Shown here piece after piece: positions 26,511-39,206 of a DNA stretch of 64,000 nt. Each line of letters opens with the position of its first letter. The stretch's first letter is position 1. The translations under genes were made by a program, and so were the position numbers. The DNA comes from Psammoneis japonica (Eukaryota), in contig QPGO01000015.1 of NCBI GenBank assembly GCA_008632985.1, forward strand, positions 187,998 to 251,997, given 5' to 3'. The notes under the pieces are model-generated. The model had not been told where the DNA came from, did no database searches, and saw nothing but the letters and a program-made list of their open reading frames with translations.

Positions 26511-27218
26511 GTCTGTTGACTATAGTGACGAAGGAAGTTGTTGCCGGGTTTTAATCATTTGGGAGTTATCATGATGTTTTCTTGTCTTCATAATATGAGG
26601 GTATGAATGGTGTACGGCGGAATAGCAGATAGCTTTCTAAAATATCAGTAGACACATCAATATTTGGATATGATCCCTTCGCTAATCTCCTTCACCGGTT
26701 GCTTTCATTCGGGAGATCAACTCTCTTTAGCCAGCAAGTACTTCTACCCGGTGAGCCACGGGCCCCGAGCTACTCTACTCTAGAGAGTAGCTACCGGTAG
26801 CGACCGAGCCGATCGATTTCGCTCGCTCGACTGCGCTCGCACGCACGAAAATCTTTGGCTTTCGAAGCACGCTAAACTAATGAGAATAAAAAAGGCGCGC
26901 TTCAGCATAAGGCCGCCCTACTGTACTTCACGTAGGAATTGGCCGTATGTAAAATAGCACGTAGAACTTGAATTGCCCTCCTTGTTGACACAAGCCATGC
27001 CATGAATAGTATAAATACTTATATTATTTAAAGGTTTCAATATATATAACGCGAACCGGTAGTCTAATTGCGTCACGCGGCTGAAACTCGGTGGGGGGTT
27101 GTTGAGACGCAGCAGCGCGGGACGTCGCCGCCTTTGAGTAAGAAACGATCCTTTTCAACACCCATCATCTGATGCGTAGCTAAAGTTTTTGACGTGCATA
27201 AGAACATTGTTGTTGCCA

Positions 27219-30200
27219 ATGCAATCGACCAGGAGAAAGAGAGATAGAGCCGAACACGACGACGAAGGTGCATCCGCTGCAGCATCGTCGCGCACACGGA
27301 GATCGCGCGGTGCTGCGCACAAGAGGCTTCACGCGCAACAAGCAGGAGACAACAACAAAAATGGCACCTCCATTTCAGTTGACGAAGACTTGGCGATGAG
27401 CGAAAAGAGCGTGGTGCGACAAGGTAGTACAGCAAGCAATAGCGAGACGCAGAGAATAAACAATGAGAATTTTGCCAATGATGATGCCGAACACAGAAAC
27501 AAAGAATTGTCGACGTCCATGGAATCCAACTCTGGCTCGGAAGATACGGGTTCTAAAGAGGGCCAACGTCACGGAATACAGTCTGGGAATCAGCAGGATA
27601 AATTATCAGAGGTAAATACTGCGGATGGTGCGAATGGAGATGGCCGTGAGAAACAAATAGCGGCGTTACTTTCCCACAGGCGTGCGGTCCTTGACCGAAT
27701 AAAGAAATGTCGAGCAGCTGCTCAAACTAGGCTTGGGGAAACACAGGACGAGCATGGTTCAGCCGTAAACGTGGTCGATGTTGAAAGTGGAAAGTCATCA
27801 GACGAAGAGGAAATTGCTGCTTTCTTAGAACTCTCAAGAAGTGCAATACACGCCGCGAAGAAACAACGATCGGATGCGACGTCAGAGGGGCCGCCTCACA
27901 GAACCGTGCACCGATATCCCTCAGACGTGGCTCCTCTGTAGGCAAACGCATGAGTATTGCTTTATCTTCTCTTGCTAAGAATGCGGTCGGGTGCCGCCAT
28001 CGTCGACAGGGGAATCAGAAACGCTACCCCTTCACGAACAAATTGCACAATCTTCCTCGTCGATTTCTGCAGCAGAGGGCGTGGTGTCTTCGAAGAGCCG
28101 CGGGGGCTCAACTGTCCATCCATTGGGGTCATCAGCTCAAGTTAGTAAGAGCACTTCAAACAAGCAATTCTCGGCACCAGCTTCAGTCGCATCGTTGCAA
28201 GGGGCACAGCGAGTTAGAGCAGGAGCTGGATCTGCCGCATCACAAAAGATAAAGCGCAGCGGCAGCCAGAAAAATGTCAAGTCTTACGGGCATAAGTCTA
28301 GAGGGTCGGTGACAACAACTTCAGAGCACCAGCATCGATGCAGCCTCTGCATGCAGGGATAGGTGGGAATTCCTTACCCACGAATCTATTGGCGCAACCG
28401 TCGGCGGTGTACCCGGAGTCAATGGCACTACGAGAGCGCCGGAATTCAATCCGTTCCAGATTAGCGTCGCTGTTGTATGAACGACAGAAGAGAATAGAAG
28501 AAGGAGAGACGAAGCCTTTGAGCTCGAGACAAAATTTTCCTACGACTTTTCAACTGAATCGCCAGGACAAGGCTCGACCTACTTCCTTTGCGTCAGTTGC
28601 GGCTAAACAACGCGGGCCGGGCGAGCCACCATTGTTGCCTCGACGTCGAAAGACGCAATGGGATTATCTTCTCGAGGAAATGAGATGGTTGGCGACAGAC
28701 TTTATTGAAGAACGGAAATGGAAAGCATCTTGCGCGAGAACCATGTCTTCTGCTGTTGTTGCAGTTGGTAGAACCTGCATTTCTCCGATGAAGGCATATC
28801 CACCGGAAACTGCTCACACAGTAAATGGCAAACAGGCACCTGTAGATCGAGGGAAGAAATCTGTCGAATGTGAAGCGAAACCCAACGAAGATAGACATGC
28901 CAATGTTGATGCCAGAAAAGGAAGAGTGGCGGGCCGACAATATGTACCAGCGACTTCGTCAGATATAAAATCATCTCGCGAAGTTTCAACCATAATGTCT
29001 GACATGATAGCAGAACTGTGGGATGTGTCAGTGGACGCTGGCGCAATGGCGGCTCCAGACGCATCCAAGGACGCCTCGCTAAAACGACATTTAAAGTTAC
29101 GACAAAAACTGCGCAAGGAGAACTCTTTGGGTTCCAACGTCGGCGCTGACGAGATAGGCGGTAGATCCACTGTCAACGATTCATCGGCGATGCCAAAATC
29201 TGGTTGCGGAGCACGTTCTGAAGATGGAAATGATGATTCACAAGGCGACTCAAAATCTGGAAGTCGCCGTATCCAGCCTGAGGAACTGTCTTATGAACAG
29301 ATATCCGCGCGCCTCGAAGTTTATATACAAAGCGCAGAGACGAGAATGGATACGGAAGACCTACAGGAGGGTGGAAGCGATGACATGGCACCGTCGCATG
29401 TCGCCGCGAGCGACTTTATCGAGTGGTTATGGGGAGATAATGCCTTAGGTGGTGCAATACTTGACGGGCCGTCAGGAAGCGGAAAAACGACCACTGCATG
29501 TTCGCTCCTGTGGAAATGTCGTGACGGAGGACCTCAGCTCATTATTTGTCCACCGGCGCGACTGGTAAGCTTTTCCGTCCGTGTGCTGTGAGTTCATATT
29601 CGTGGAAACGATGATAGCTTCTGACTTCGCTTCTTTTTGTCTCGAATGTTCCTCTCGGATTACCTGCAGTTTCGGTGGAGGCACGAACTCGCTAAACTCA
29701 GAGATTTAAGGGTTCGAACCTTAGGTTTATCTTGTGGGATAAGTGGCCCGGAACTCGCGAGCAATGACAGCTCAACATATGAGCTCGGGGACGTTGTCTT
29801 GTGCGAGTTGTCTTCTACACTGATCATTGATGGCGGGCTAGATGTTTCCGCTTTTAGCACAATTATCTTGGACTGCCGTTTTCAATCAGCTACAACGTTT
29901 GGCACCGGCGATCCATCAGGAGTAGATAGATCTCCCGTCCCAAAAGAACTTGTTTCTCATTCTTGGTGGCTTTCGTTGCTGGATTCTTTGGCTGCCATGC
30001 AATCCAGACGGTTACTTATCGAAACTTACGGGCACCGGTCTAACCAAGACGAGAGTATGTTTGGTTGTTCCTACCTGGAGGATCGACAAGGGGTAGAAAG
30101 TCTTGCTTCTAAAATGGCGTTTCTCGTTGGACCGGCACTTTTCTACTCGAAGAGACGAGCATGCACAAAAAAGGTCTTGTCCTGGACGAAGCGGCGGGTG

Positions 30201-33200
30201 AACATAGAAGTCGAGAGCGGGGTAAATGCGAGTGAAAAGCTGATGGAAATGAAAAGGTTCCTTTTTCAAGTCATGAAGAAGTTTTCCTTCTCTTTGCATG
30301 CAACCCCTGGGAAACGCAAGTTTGATGGCGCTCTCACATGTGTGAACTTTCTGAACAACAGCGGACTGAGTACGATAGATGTTGCTTTGAAGTGAGAGGA
30401 GCTCTATCTTTCGGGGGTGTCGAAAATGGCCTGTCTGGCGATTCGCCTGACGAATGTCGCGTTGCTGCGGTGCGGGCGCTGCTGCGTCTAAGGCAGGTCT
30501 GTTTTCACCCGAGAATGCAGAATCTCGTGTCTCGTCATTTTGGTTCCAGCTCATCGATCCTAGCTCATTCACTGTCCAAGAATGAAACGACTGAGCCTCC
30601 CGATGTCCCAGTTTGGGGAAGGGGGTGTTTTAACAGGGTTGTGTCCAAAAGTTCTTCGCAGCCAGATATTTCATTGGCGTTAGAGATACTGAGATCTTCG
30701 GCGAAACTGAGAGAGCTCTTGATGATTCTACGCTCGGAAGGCGGCTATCACATTCAGGGCGACGACGTCATTGGTGCCGAGATAGAAAATGTGCGTCTCC
30801 CAAAGAAAAAGGAGAATAAGGGCGTCCGGGCGAGCGTAACCTGTCGGAAGGTGGTAATTTTGGCGTCTCTACCCGAAGCTCAGCTTGTCACTTCCCTTTT
30901 GTTAAATGCCGTTGGCATTACACACGAATTGTTAATGAGGTCACCTTCTTCGCGAGATCGTCTCCTGATCCCTTCAGCTCACGCCATCAAGATAGATCTA
31001 CTTCCCTGACCGTCCATCCCGCTCCTGTCCTGTCTTGGATTGAATGCCAGCATGCGTTAGCAAGATTTAATACTTCTTTGGGGCAGAGCTTATCGAAAGA
31101 CGAAAGCCAAACCAGAAATTCCAGCGTCAACGTGGTTGTGGCTTCGCCTGTTTCGGTTGCGCATTTGAGTGGCGGCGTTGGAGTGTCTTCAGCAGATTTG
31201 ATTGTTTTGCTAGACGAAGATTGGAGTGGTAGGAGCGAGCGAATCTCGATGTCAATTGTGACGTCTAGTCAGCGAAAACCTCGAGCTGGCTCTAAGCGGA
31301 AAGACGCTGAATGTGATTGTATCAGATTGATATGCAGAAACACTTGCGAAGAGAAGTTTCTCTTGTCAGAGGGAGGAAAGAGTCACGCAACTGACCCCCG
31401 TGGCCAATGGACGCCTTTGGGTATTTAAGTTTGCCAGATCAAACAATTTCGCGGCCGATATAAGGAATGCAGCGGATGGCCACCCGATACGGTCCGCTTC
31501 GCAAGGCATCTTTTCATTCCCTGGTACCAATATCTCAACGTTTCAAGATTCGGACTTGTCTTTGGTTCTGTGCTCAGATGACCTCCCCCCTGATTTTGCG
31601 ACAGGTACTCAAGCAAGCTTTCTACCCGCCGATGCATTGCAAGGAAGCTGTCAGGCATCAGAGTACGCCTCATTTGTGCAATCTTTGATAGATTTCGAAG
31701 CTGCTTCTTGCCCGTTAACTACCAAGCAAGACTCCGTGTGTGAAGCGGGCGACGGCGAGCCGGACATTCGATATTTTGCCATTGCACCACCTCTTGCGGC
31801 GGACATGCCTCCCATGGTTGTGACTCGTCGTGACGTGCTCTCGCTATCTTCACGGTTGTACATCGAGATGTTTGGAAAATCTTTTGTTTTGGATAGCTTG
31901 GGTTCCGTGTCTGCTGCTCCCTCAAACTTGCTGCCCGTGCAGCCGGAAAACTCTTTTTTGATGGGCCCGTCGGACGAAAACACAGAGCTAGTTGATGTGT
32001 GGCATAAAAGTGGTCTAAGCTCCAACCCAGATGATCTTGCCAAGTCGCTTCTGGTGTACGACTACGCAAATGTCGATGGTATGCCCCAACCGCTGGCCTC
32101 TCCGGCTCACAATCCGATGAAACTAGTGTCGCTGCAGCAAGAGTTCTGTTTCGACTGATTGTCGGAGAAACACGTATTCGTTGAGCTTCAGCTTATCTCG
32201 TACCGGTCAGTATACGGCTATCCGTGATGGCAACCAAGGATGTGAACCAAAGGTGTATTTTCCACCTCTTTTTCCCACTTTACAGTTGGGTTGCGATTTG
32301 GCGAAGGCCGATATTCTTGGTTTAAACCACCTGGGCTTGCACAGATCGTCCCTGAAAAATGAAAGCAGCACCGGACGCCTTTCATCTGCAGTAACCGCTC
32401 GCGACGGCGAGAGCGGGAAAAAACGAAAGGCTGCAGCGTCGGAGGCTCCTCGAAGTGGAAAGCGACCAAGAATTCAGCATGCTTCTCAAGTTGCAACCTC
32501 CGATTTGATGGGTGAGACTTCAACCGAGGCATCCGGTCAAGTTCAGACGCTTTCTTCACCCCAAGGAACCACTTCATCTGTCCCTAATTCGGAAAGTGAT
32601 GCGTCAAGGCTTGTCGGTGCCACTGATACTTCTGGTGTCGACGCAGTTCACTCGTTGCACCGTAAGGAAGATTTTGGGTTGGTTGGCATCGGCGCCCTCG
32701 CACACCCCTCCGCTTCAGCATTGGCCTCTGCCATGGAGTCGGTAGATGTCTCGACTTACACGGATTGGAAAGATCAGTTTGAATCAAACACCGCAGATCA
32801 AGATTACTTTTCACATGGTCTTGTTTGTGATTCGGAAGAAGCAGATACTCTTACGACGAGGAGCTCTGAAAATGCTCAGCTTGACGCCATGCTACTCTTT
32901 GTCGCAAAAAAGAGCTTGGTGGCATGGATTACAGGTGGTGCCCAATACCTTCCTACCGCAAAAGCCGGTGTGGGAGGCACGCAAGGAACAATGGCAGCTT
33001 GGGCATCATCTGCGAACGCGGGAACAGTGACGGGGTCCTTGGCTGCGGGTGTCATTGGAAATGGTGGTCTGAATGGCTCCGCTTCTTCCAAGAAGAAGAA
33101 GAAAGTACACCAGAATACGGTATCTACTGGTGCTTCGGCATTCTCTCGAATACCACATGCGGGGTTCTCTGGCGGAAGCCAACTTATGAATAACTACGCG

Positions 33201-34614
33201 GCATCTGGTGCAAGGGCAAGAGATGGTTCCAAAAGCAAGATAATCTCGCGACAAAGGAGACAAGGCTTGTCTCTGTTTGATTATTCTTCATTCAGACTCG
33301 CGTTTGTGCGTCTCCGTAACCGAGTGTCAGACCGCGTAGCGCAGTCGTCCCTAGAATGGAGTGAGTCTTCTGGCGTCGGAACTGGGGTCCCTTTGATCTT
33401 GCTGAAAGGGGACACATCACTTGCTCAACAGTTGAGTCAAGGAGTACAGGGATATGGAACATCCGTTGGAGGATGGACAGGCATTGTTACCCAGGCTTCT
33501 TCTGATGGCGAAAGGCTTGAAGCGCAGACGGCGACAGTGGCTGATTGGAGCTCGCCAAATCGCTCGGTGGAAGCACCGTCACGCGTTGATTTTGGACCTT
33601 TTCAAGCTGGATATCTTTCTTCGTCATCGGCACTGACGGCGGTCACTCCGCCTAGCCCTAGAGTAGGGGTGTCACTTCCGATGGGGGTCAAGATTCCTTT
33701 TCACCGAAGGGAACAGCAAGCATCGCCTTGGACGACCGACGAGGACGACGTATTGCGAAAGTGTGTATCAAGATTTGGGCCCAATTTTCAGCTAGCAGCT
33801 TTCTTGGTCAGCAAGACGCAATATCTGCTCCAACGTCGTTTTCGGATGAGGAGATAACTCGTTCAGCAAGGCAATGCCGTGAACGATGGAGCTACTTGAC
33901 GAGTTCCCAACCGTCACTGGCAAGGACGTTCAGCAGCTAGAGCAATCTTTCATGGAGAAAGGCTTTATGAATCCTGATCAAATAGTACACTCCTTTCACA
34001 GTGTAACCAGCAGAGTCTTCTGTTATCTCAGGCTGAGACCGCCGCGGATCAGGCAAACCTGATCTCGGCCCGATTCGGTAGCGAAGACGTGTTGCTTCCC
34101 TCACACTGTGTTTTCGAGCGAGGAGACGCCCTTCTACTACCCAAGAGTCTGCCGAAGACAAAGACGAAAGCGGCGATGTTGTAATGAAAGAGTCTACGAA
34201 TGACGGATCGGAGCCCACGGTTTCAAAGACAAAAAGGTCCTTTATCGCTTCCGGGGCGCTGCGTTGCTGAAACAGGAGGTGCCCCTTGCAATCCCTGGCT
34301 CGACCAGCAGTGACACTGCTGTGCCAGCGCTAGTTGCTTCACACCCCTCTCATATGCAATCTGTCCAGGCAGCAGTTTCTCGATCTCCGACGGCGAGCAG
34401 CCGTGACATGTGGCCCCTTCAGATGTTAGGTATTGCTGACAAGCAACGCGGGATGATGTCTGGAAGGACGGCATCGCAAGGGTCCGCTGCGGCGTCTTCA
34501 CCTAGTCGAAGCCCTGGAAGCGCTCAGCAAGGCGCCCGGTCCAACGGGCCACCCACACCGCAGTCAAATTCAACAGCACGTCAGCAGCAGTCGGCGTCGT
34601 CGCCATATAAGTAG
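27219..34614 (+). CDS. Large chromatin protein: HSA domain, degenerate SNF2-like ATPase and SANT/Myb (EAF1/p400/Domino-like)
   Basis: [25 protein letters not shown] (HSA); [68 protein letters not shown]. Several frame breaks. Confidence 0.75.
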
Positions 34615-34920
34615 TATAACATCGGTTCGCTACAAAGCAGCCTCCGAGTTTGATGGGTCGGCTTGGCGGTGAGGGCATGGTTTCTAAATCAGCCAAATAC
34701 TGTAGTTCTGTTTCGAAAGACTCGATTACACCACTGCTATTCATAGAGTTTGGTATAAGAATAGACTGCCACGAATCATCCAGCTCCTCCACACATTTTG
34801 AACAGTGCAACTTCTATATTAACTACAACTGACGAGTGTCTGAATCTTATTGTTTTTCAGTGTTGCGATGCGACGTACTCATATAAGTAGAGATGATTCC
34901 ATTACCAAAAAGCCAGACTC

Positions 34921-35523
34921 CTAGTCCCATTTCGGTTCTGATCCACCGAGTCCAGTGGACCCTGGGGGAACTCCATAAACACGGGAAGTTACATTGCTGC
35001 CCTTCTCCCTCGATGTAGCACCCTCATCCAATTGCCCACACGACTGTACGATGAATATTAATGACACAATGCTGCACGCTAGCAACATTACAGAAGTTCC
35101 AGCCGACATATTGACGGGTGCCTCCTCTACCCACTCATATCTTACACGAAAAGACCCATAATCTCCATTCGTGCTATAACTTGTTTCGCTGTATATCGAG
35201 TGAATGGCTCCCTCGCCACTTTTCGAAAAGACAAAGGTCACTGAAAGTTCGTCAAGGCTACGTCCTTTGCTATCTTGAACATCAATCCACGGAAGCGGGC
35301 GTCCGCCATCCTCAAAGGTAAGTGAAAAGCGAGTTGCGTCCTCTTGAAACTTGGTGAATGTGGGCACTCCGAACAAGGGCATTTGATGCCTAAGCGCGTC
35401 CATGGATTCTGAGGGAGTACGATAGATAACGTCAACCGCGTCGCCAATTCGATATGCGGTACTCTGGAAGCATAACGACAAGAACACTGTCAACACGCAA
35501 CAGAAATCCATCCTTTTGTCCAT
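34921..35523 (-). CDS. Hypothetical protein with signal peptide and one TM segment
   Basis: Signal-like CVLTVFLSLCFQSTA|YRIGD and a C-terminal hydrophobic helix. Confidence 0.7.
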   Translation of the reverse strand: MDKRMDFCCVLTVFLSLCFQSTAYRIGDAVDVIYRTPSESMDALRHQMPLFGVPTFTKFQEDATRFSLTFEDGGRPLPWIDVQDSKGRSLDELSVTFVFSKSGEGAIHSIYSETSYSTNGDYGSFRVRYEWVEEAPVNMSAGTSVMLLACSIVSLIFIVQSCGQLDEGATSREKGSNVTSRVYGVPPGSTGLGGSEPKWD

Positions 35524-35828
35524 TCTTGTCGTCAAGAGAAGCGCCGTGTTCAATGTTGTTTCGCGGCGGCCGGTAATCCCATCATTGTCGTTCGTCCGTC
35601 GCTCGCCGCGATTTTCCAAAAGTTATAGATGTATTAAAATCCGAATGCCTTTCATGTTCCAGGAAACATACCGCCAACATTAGGTTAAAATATATGCAGT
35701 ATCGAATATATTTTTAAATACGCGTTGGCGGCACCTCAAGCTGTTCGCTTCTTCGCCGTTGCGTAGAGATTAGTACAGAACCAACGTGGCAGATCATCAC
35801 GATCATCAGAGCAAGCCGCCGCCGCGCC

Positions 35829-37433
35829 GTGCGTTCAACGAACGTGCCGATTTGTTCGCTGGACGAGGCACACACAAATTCGATTCAGTGGACAATGACG
35901 GCCCGTACAGTCCTGTCCGTATCGGCGGGAACATCGCCTCCGAATCTCAGGCGTCGATCCTCACCCAAGACCGTATCTCGAAAAGCCCAAGATGATGCCG
36001 AAAATTCGGAAAGCGAGAAGCGTCAGCTGATGAAGATTGGAAACGACTGGTATGACGTAGGCGACTTTGCTCCTAAGCATCCCGGAGGAGACATTATCCT
36101 CGACTTTGTTGGAAAAGACGCCACCGACGCTTTCTACGCCTTTCACTTTCGTCCTCGTGCCGTATTAAAGCGGGTGAGAAAGGTGAGCGGCGGTACGACG
36201 GGCAGTGACGACGCTTCAGCGCAAGAAGAAGAGGAGTTCTCGTTGGATCTTCGCGCGATGATTGAAGATATGGAGTCTGAGGGATACTTTGAATTGGATT
36301 TTTGGTTCTTCTTCTTCAAGATCGCAATTGTCTTTGCCTTCTTTGCTGTCGGTTGGGGTTTAGCCTTTGCCGGAACGGCTGAAGCTCGAGCTCAGAACGA
36401 CGCTTCGCTTATCGAGTGGACTTCGCGTCTCGTGCCTGCCGCAGGGTGTATTGCGCTTTTTCTGCAGCAATCGGGCTTTCTCATGCACGATTTCATGCAT
36501 AACTCGGTTACCCACAAACGGAAGCTGGATCAGATTTTTGGGCGCTTCTTTGGAACGCTTTGTCTGGGAATCTCCGCCACATGGTGGAGAGACGAGCACT
36601 TTATTCACCACGCCTTTACCAACACACTCGAGAGCGGCAAGGGGAGCAAGGATGTTCAAATGATGGAAGATGTATGGTCGCAAAACGAAAAGCTTGTCCA
36701 ATTCTTTGATGGATCGGTTCTCCCTCGACGAATGAAGGGCGTTCCTCTCATTATTGCCAATTGGATGCTCAACTTTCAGGCCTTTTTGTGGCTCCCGATC
36801 TGTGTGGGAGTTGGTAGGGTTGGAATCATGCTGGCGTCCTTTCAGCGAGAACATCGGCTTCAGGAACGTGCCCTCCAGCTCTGCCATGTTGCTTGGATGG
36901 CTGCAATGATTTGGGCGGCATTCCCGACACCCCTGACGGCACTTGGATTCTACGGTATGATCAGTCTCGGACAAGGTGTCTTGCATGTTCAGTTGCTCGT
37001 TAGTCACTACGCCAAGCCATGGAGGGATGATGTTGACTACCAGAACGGAAGTCCGTCCTGGGAAGCATGGCACAAGTGGCAAGTCGCTGCCACGATGAAT
37101 ATCGCTCCGTTCTTATCCACCCGGCCTTGGCGAAAGGCAGACGATGGAACTTACCTGATTGAATCCAAGGCTCTTGACTACTGGGACGATCAGATTGCCC
37201 CAATCTTTGATGACTGGTTTCACGGTGGACTCAATCTTCATATCGAACACCACTCGTTCCCTACGCTGCCTAGAAACGCCTTGAGAGAATGCGCTCGTCG
37301 CATCCGACCCATTTGTGAAAAACACGGGCTCTGCTATGATGAGCGACACTTTTTCCAGGCAGTGAGGGATACTTTGATTCAGATGCACAAGGTTGGATGG
37401 AAAATTGATTTCATGGAAGCTGCCATGGCGTAA
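35829..37433 (+). CDS. Front-end fatty-acid/sphingolipid desaturase with cytochrome b5 domain (start uncertain)
   Basis: HPGG heme motif; His boxes HDFMH, HFIHH and HIEHH. Confidence 0.92.
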   Translation: MRSTNVPICSLDEAHTNSIQWTMTARTVLSVSAGTSPPNLRRRSSPKTVSRKAQDDAENSESEKRQLMKIGNDWYDVGDFAPKHPGGDIILDFVGKDATDAFYAFHFRPRAVLKRVRKVSGGTTGSDDASAQEEEEFSLDLRAMIEDMESEGYFELDFWFFFFKIAIVFAFFAVGWGLAFAGTAEARAQNDASLIEWTSRLVPAAGCIALFLQQSGFLMHDFMHNSVTHKRKLDQIFGRFFGTLCLGISATWWRDEHFIHHAFTNTLESGKGSKDVQMMEDVWSQNEKLVQFFDGSVLPRRMKGVPLIIANWMLNFQAFLWLPICVGVGRVGIMLASFQREHRLQERALQLCHVAWMAAMIWAAFPTPLTALGFYGMISLGQGVLHVQLLVSHYAKPWRDDVDYQNGSPSWEAWHKWQVAATMNIAPFLSTRPWRKADDGTYLIESKALDYWDDQIAPIFDDWFHGGLNLHIEHHSFPTLPRNALRECARRIRPICEKHGLCYDERHFFQAVRDTLIQMHKVGWKIDFMEAAMA

Positions 37434-37629
37434 GGCTCTGTGCCACTTGGAAGTAGAGTGGGTGAGGTTTTTCATCGCGAAGTTTCGTGTCGTCTTTCGC
37501 TGCACCGATTTTAAAAGCATCCTCTAGTTAGGCTGTTGTGGTCGACAACTAGTTTCTATGAAAATTAATGTGACTTTTTAGTCGAATTCTCACGGTCTGT
37601 CAGATTTTAAAATCTTTACACGGATTTAA

Positions 37630-38990
37630 GGGACTAAAGTAGGAAACGCATTCATTAACAAAAAAACGCTCTCATCATCGAATGGCAGTGTCAACGGGAA
37701 AAATGCAGTCCTCTTCGCGTGCGAAAAAGAGACGAGCAAACGGAGAGAAAAAGAGCAGAGAAGAAGGAAAGAAATTAATGATGCTGACCCAAAATAAAAT
37801 TTGCGGACCAGCCAACACTCGTCTTTGTGCCCCCACAAACATGTGTGGTGCCATGCTGCACCCAGGGTCGTGGCATTTTCAGGCACACCACTTCTCATGG
37901 CTTTTTGGTTGGCAAGAAAATTTGGTGAATGGGTTCACAGTTGTTGGTGGTGTGGATGCATTGCAGAAAAAGGGCTTTTGCCACAGCATGCCAAAAGGGG
38001 ACAAATTGTGCCACATGGGCAGAAGAAAAGCAGCGACTTCTTGGCCCACCCCTTTTCCAGCTGGGACCCCAAATGTCTTGGATGTCATTCTTTGAAAAAT
38101 GGCCACCAACAGAAAGTGGCAATGTGGAGTGTGTGACTTCATTCAAGCCCACACCTCCAACAAAGTGCCAGTGTGCAGCATGTCAGCTGCTGCGCTGCTG
38201 TGGTGGCAACAGGTTCAATGTCTCTTTGCTTTCTGCTCACCCCCTTCTCATGTCAAGTGCTGCCTGGCCAGCAAGTGCAAAATTTTTGCAGATGCCAAAG
38301 CTGCTGCTCTCCTTTTGAGGGCAAAAAAAATCGCGACAGCAAGAGAAAGCAACGCCGCGCCTCCAACAAAGTGCCAGTGTGCAGCATGTCAGCTGCTGCT
38401 GCCGCTGCTGTGGTGGCAACAGGCTCAATGTCTCTTTGCTTTCTGCTCACCCCCTTCTCATGTCAAGTGCTGTCTGGCCAGCAAGTGCAAAATTTTTGCA
38501 GATGCCAAAGCCGCTGCTCCTTTCAATGGCAAAAAAAATCGTGACAGCAAGAGAAAGCAGCGCTGCTCAAACACTCGTGCTGAATTTCCAGCTGGGGCTG
38601 GCTCTCCTGCTGCTGCAGTGACCCAAAAAAGCCAGTGGTGTGCAGGGAGAAATGAGCAGCAGGCATCCCAGCACTTCTTCTCTGTGTCAATGTGCGCCCT
38701 CGCTTTGCTGCCCTTCTCCCATCTTGGCTGCTCTGACTTTCAGCGCTGACAAAAATGAAAAAAGCAAAACAAAAAAAAAGCAGTGCCAGAGCTTTGCCAT
38801 GGCCACCCTTTGCTTTTTGCCATCACCAAGTTTTGCAAATGAGGCTGGCACAACTTGAACACGCAGCGCGTGCTGGCGGCACTTTGGCGGCCCGGAGCAC
38901 CCAGCGTACACATGCAAAAAAGAAAAAAGAGAGGCTTTGGTGCTTGGTGCCACCCGACCCACTTCAAGCAATGTCGTCGCAAATCCTGCG
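37630..38990. mobile_element. TpA-depleted repeat relic of unknown family
   Basis: Almost no TA between ~37810 and 38880; internal tandem duplication; no recognisable protein. Confidence 0.5.
38154..38560 (+). repeat. Two tandem copies of a ~206-bp unit
   Basis: CCTCCAACAAAGTGCCAGTGTGCAGCATGTCAGC... starts at 38154 and again at 38360. Confidence 0.95.
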
Positions 38991-39206
38991 CACAAATCAA
39001 AAAAGTCATAGTCATAGATTCTTCCTGTAAGAATGACTTCAAAATGCCCGAATGTCTCGGTCATAGTTCACAACCTAAATAATTGTAGTAGTTTCTCCGT
39101 CATGGTCATTGTGAAGAATGTCCCCAAAGACGAGGCACATTATTTTCGCCACAAAACCAAAGAACCATAAAGCGCACCACTCTCTGGTATCACGAAACTG
39201 AAGACC

